Below, piece by piece: positions 35,605 through 37,021 of a stretch of DNA of 37,021 nucleotides. Both the position numbers and the translations under genes were made by a program. Every line of letters begins with the position of its first letter. Position 1 is the first letter of the stretch. Below the pieces are notes generated by a model. That model did not search any database. It worked only from the letters and a program-made list of their open reading frames with translations, and had not been told where the DNA came from. The stretch is from Clostridia bacterium (lineage in GTDB: Bacteria; Bacillota; Clostridia; RGIG6154), in NCBI GenBank assembly GCA_017622395.1, contig JAGARF010000220.1, positions 1-37,021 on the forward strand, read 5' to 3'.

Positions 35605-37021
35605 ATGGCTAAAAAATTTGTAAATAATAATGATACTAATTTCGTAGAAAATTTAGAGCATCAGACTATTATTGATGTTGATATAGAAAAAAGAATGAAA
35701 GAGGCTTTTATTGACTATTCTATGTCAGTTATTATAAGCCGTGCCCTGCCTGATGTTAGGGACGGACTTAAGCCTGTTCACAGAAGAATACTTTATGCTA
35801 TGTTTGAAGAGCATTTAACAGCAGATAAGCCATTCTTTAAATCTGCTACAACAGTTGGTAATGTTATCGGCAGATACCATCCCCACGGCGACGCATCTGC
35901 ATACGATGCCCTTGTTCGTATGGCTCAGGACTTTTCACTCCGTTATCCTTTGATTGACGGTCACGGTAACTTCGGTTCAATCGACGGCGACCCACCGGCT
36001 GCTTACCGTTATACAGAAGCAAGAATGAGTAAAATTTCAAACGAGCTTTTGGCTGATATTGATAAAAACACAGTTGATTTTATACCAAACTTCGACGAAA
36101 AGAGAAAAGAGCCTGTTGTACTTCCAACAAGAATTCCTGTTCTCCTTTGTAACGGTTGCTCAGGTATTGCCGTTGGTATGGCAACAAATATACCTTCTCA
36201 CAACTTAAGAGAGGTTATAAATGCTGCAATTGCACAGATTGATAACCCTGATATTACTGTTGATGAGCTTATGGAGCATATTAAAGGCCCTGATTTCCCA
36301 ACCCGTGCTACTATTATGGGTAGAGGGGGTATCCGTTCTGCTTATGAAACAGGAAGAGGTAAAATTGTAATCCGTGCCAAAACAGAAATTGTTGAAAACG
36401 GAAGAGATGACAGATATTCAATTGTCATTTCTGAGCTTCCTTATCAGGTTAACAAGAGTGTTCTTGTTAAATCTATCGCAGATTTAGTCAAGGATAAAAG
36501 AATTGAAGGTATTGCTGATATCCGCGACCTTTCTTCAGACAGAGCAGGTATTAAAATCGTAATTGATTTAAAGAGAGATGCAAACCCACAGGTTGTATTA
36601 AATCATTTGTTTAAATTCACAAGACTTCAGGACAGCTTTTCAATTAATATGCTTGCAATTGAAGACGGTAAGCCTGTTACATTAACACTTAAAGGCTATC
36701 TTGATAACTATATCAGATTCCAGGAAGAAATCGTAACAAGAAGAACAAAGTTTGATTTAGAAAAAGCAAAGGCAAGAATGCACATTTTAGAAGGCTTAAA
36801 GATTGCCCTTGCAAACATTGATGCTGTTATTAAAGTAATAAGAGAATCATATGATGATGCTAAAGAAAAGCTTATGGAAAAATTCGGTTTCTCCGAAATT
36901 CAGGCACAGAGTGTACTTGATATGCGCTTAGCACAGCTCCAAAGACTTAATGGAGAGAAGATTGACATTGAATTTGATGAGCTTAAAGCAAAATGTGAAG
37001 AATATGAGGCAATTCTCTCTG
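35605..37021 (+). CDS. gyrA: DNA gyrase subunit A, 3'-truncated by the window edge
   Basis: ATG at 35605 after SD aaggaggtggag. Hand translation gives [68 protein letters not shown]...[23 protein letters not shown]...AYRYTEARM. The frame is open to the end of the window. Confidence 0.97.
   Translation, partial: MAKKFVNNNDTNFVENLEHQTIIDVDIEKRMKEAFIDYSMSVIISRALPDVRDGLKPVHRRILYAMFEEHLTADKPFFKSATTVGNVIGRYHPHGDASAYDALVRMAQDFSLRYPLIDGHGNFGSIDGDPPAAYRYTEARMSKISNELLADIDKNTVDFIPNFDEKRKEPVVLPTRIPVLLCNGCSGIAVGMATNIPSHNLREVINAAIAQIDNPDITVDELMEHIKGPDFPTRATIMGRGGIRSAYETGRGKIVIRAKTEIVENGRDDRYSIVISELPYQVNKSVLVKSIADLVKDKRIEGIADIRDLSSDRAGIKIVIDLKRDANPQVVLNHLFKFTRLQDSFSINMLAIEDGKPVTLTLKGYLDNYIRFQEEIVTRRTKFDLEKAKARMHILEGLKIALANIDAVIKVIRESYDDAKEKLMEKFGFSEIQAQSVLDMRLAQLQRLNGEKIDIEFDELKAKCEEYEAILS

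Overview
Chromosomal replication-origin neighbourhood of a low-GC Firmicute, Clostridia-like judging by SLH domains, a copper-amine-oxidase-N-like domain and AT-rich codon usage. The right third (27.4-37.0 kb, + strand) is core housekeeping: a PfkA-family phosphofructokinase, a YycI-like membrane protein, dnaA, a DnaA-box cluster (oriC) in the dnaA-dnaN spacer, dnaN, a RemB/DUF370-like small protein, recF, gyrB and the 5' part of gyrA. The left 26 kb (- strand) is the unusual part. It holds six consecutive genes, all with Sec signal peptides. Three encode very large proteins that share one right-handed beta-helix (pectin-lyase-fold) core: a 3'-truncated gene at the window edge, a 2496-aa gene and a 1634-aa gene. 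One encodes a 1274-aa non-catalytic-looking modular protein. Two encode SLH-domain wall-anchored proteins (1010 aa and 602 aa). The giant proteins are built from a recurrent unclassified beta-rich module followed by a helical-hairpin spacer. I could not assign this architecture to a named family by eye, and it is my main candidate for something undescribed. No tRNA, rRNA, CRISPR, transposase or integrase was seen. All family assignments come from reading motifs by eye and need HMM or structure confirmation.
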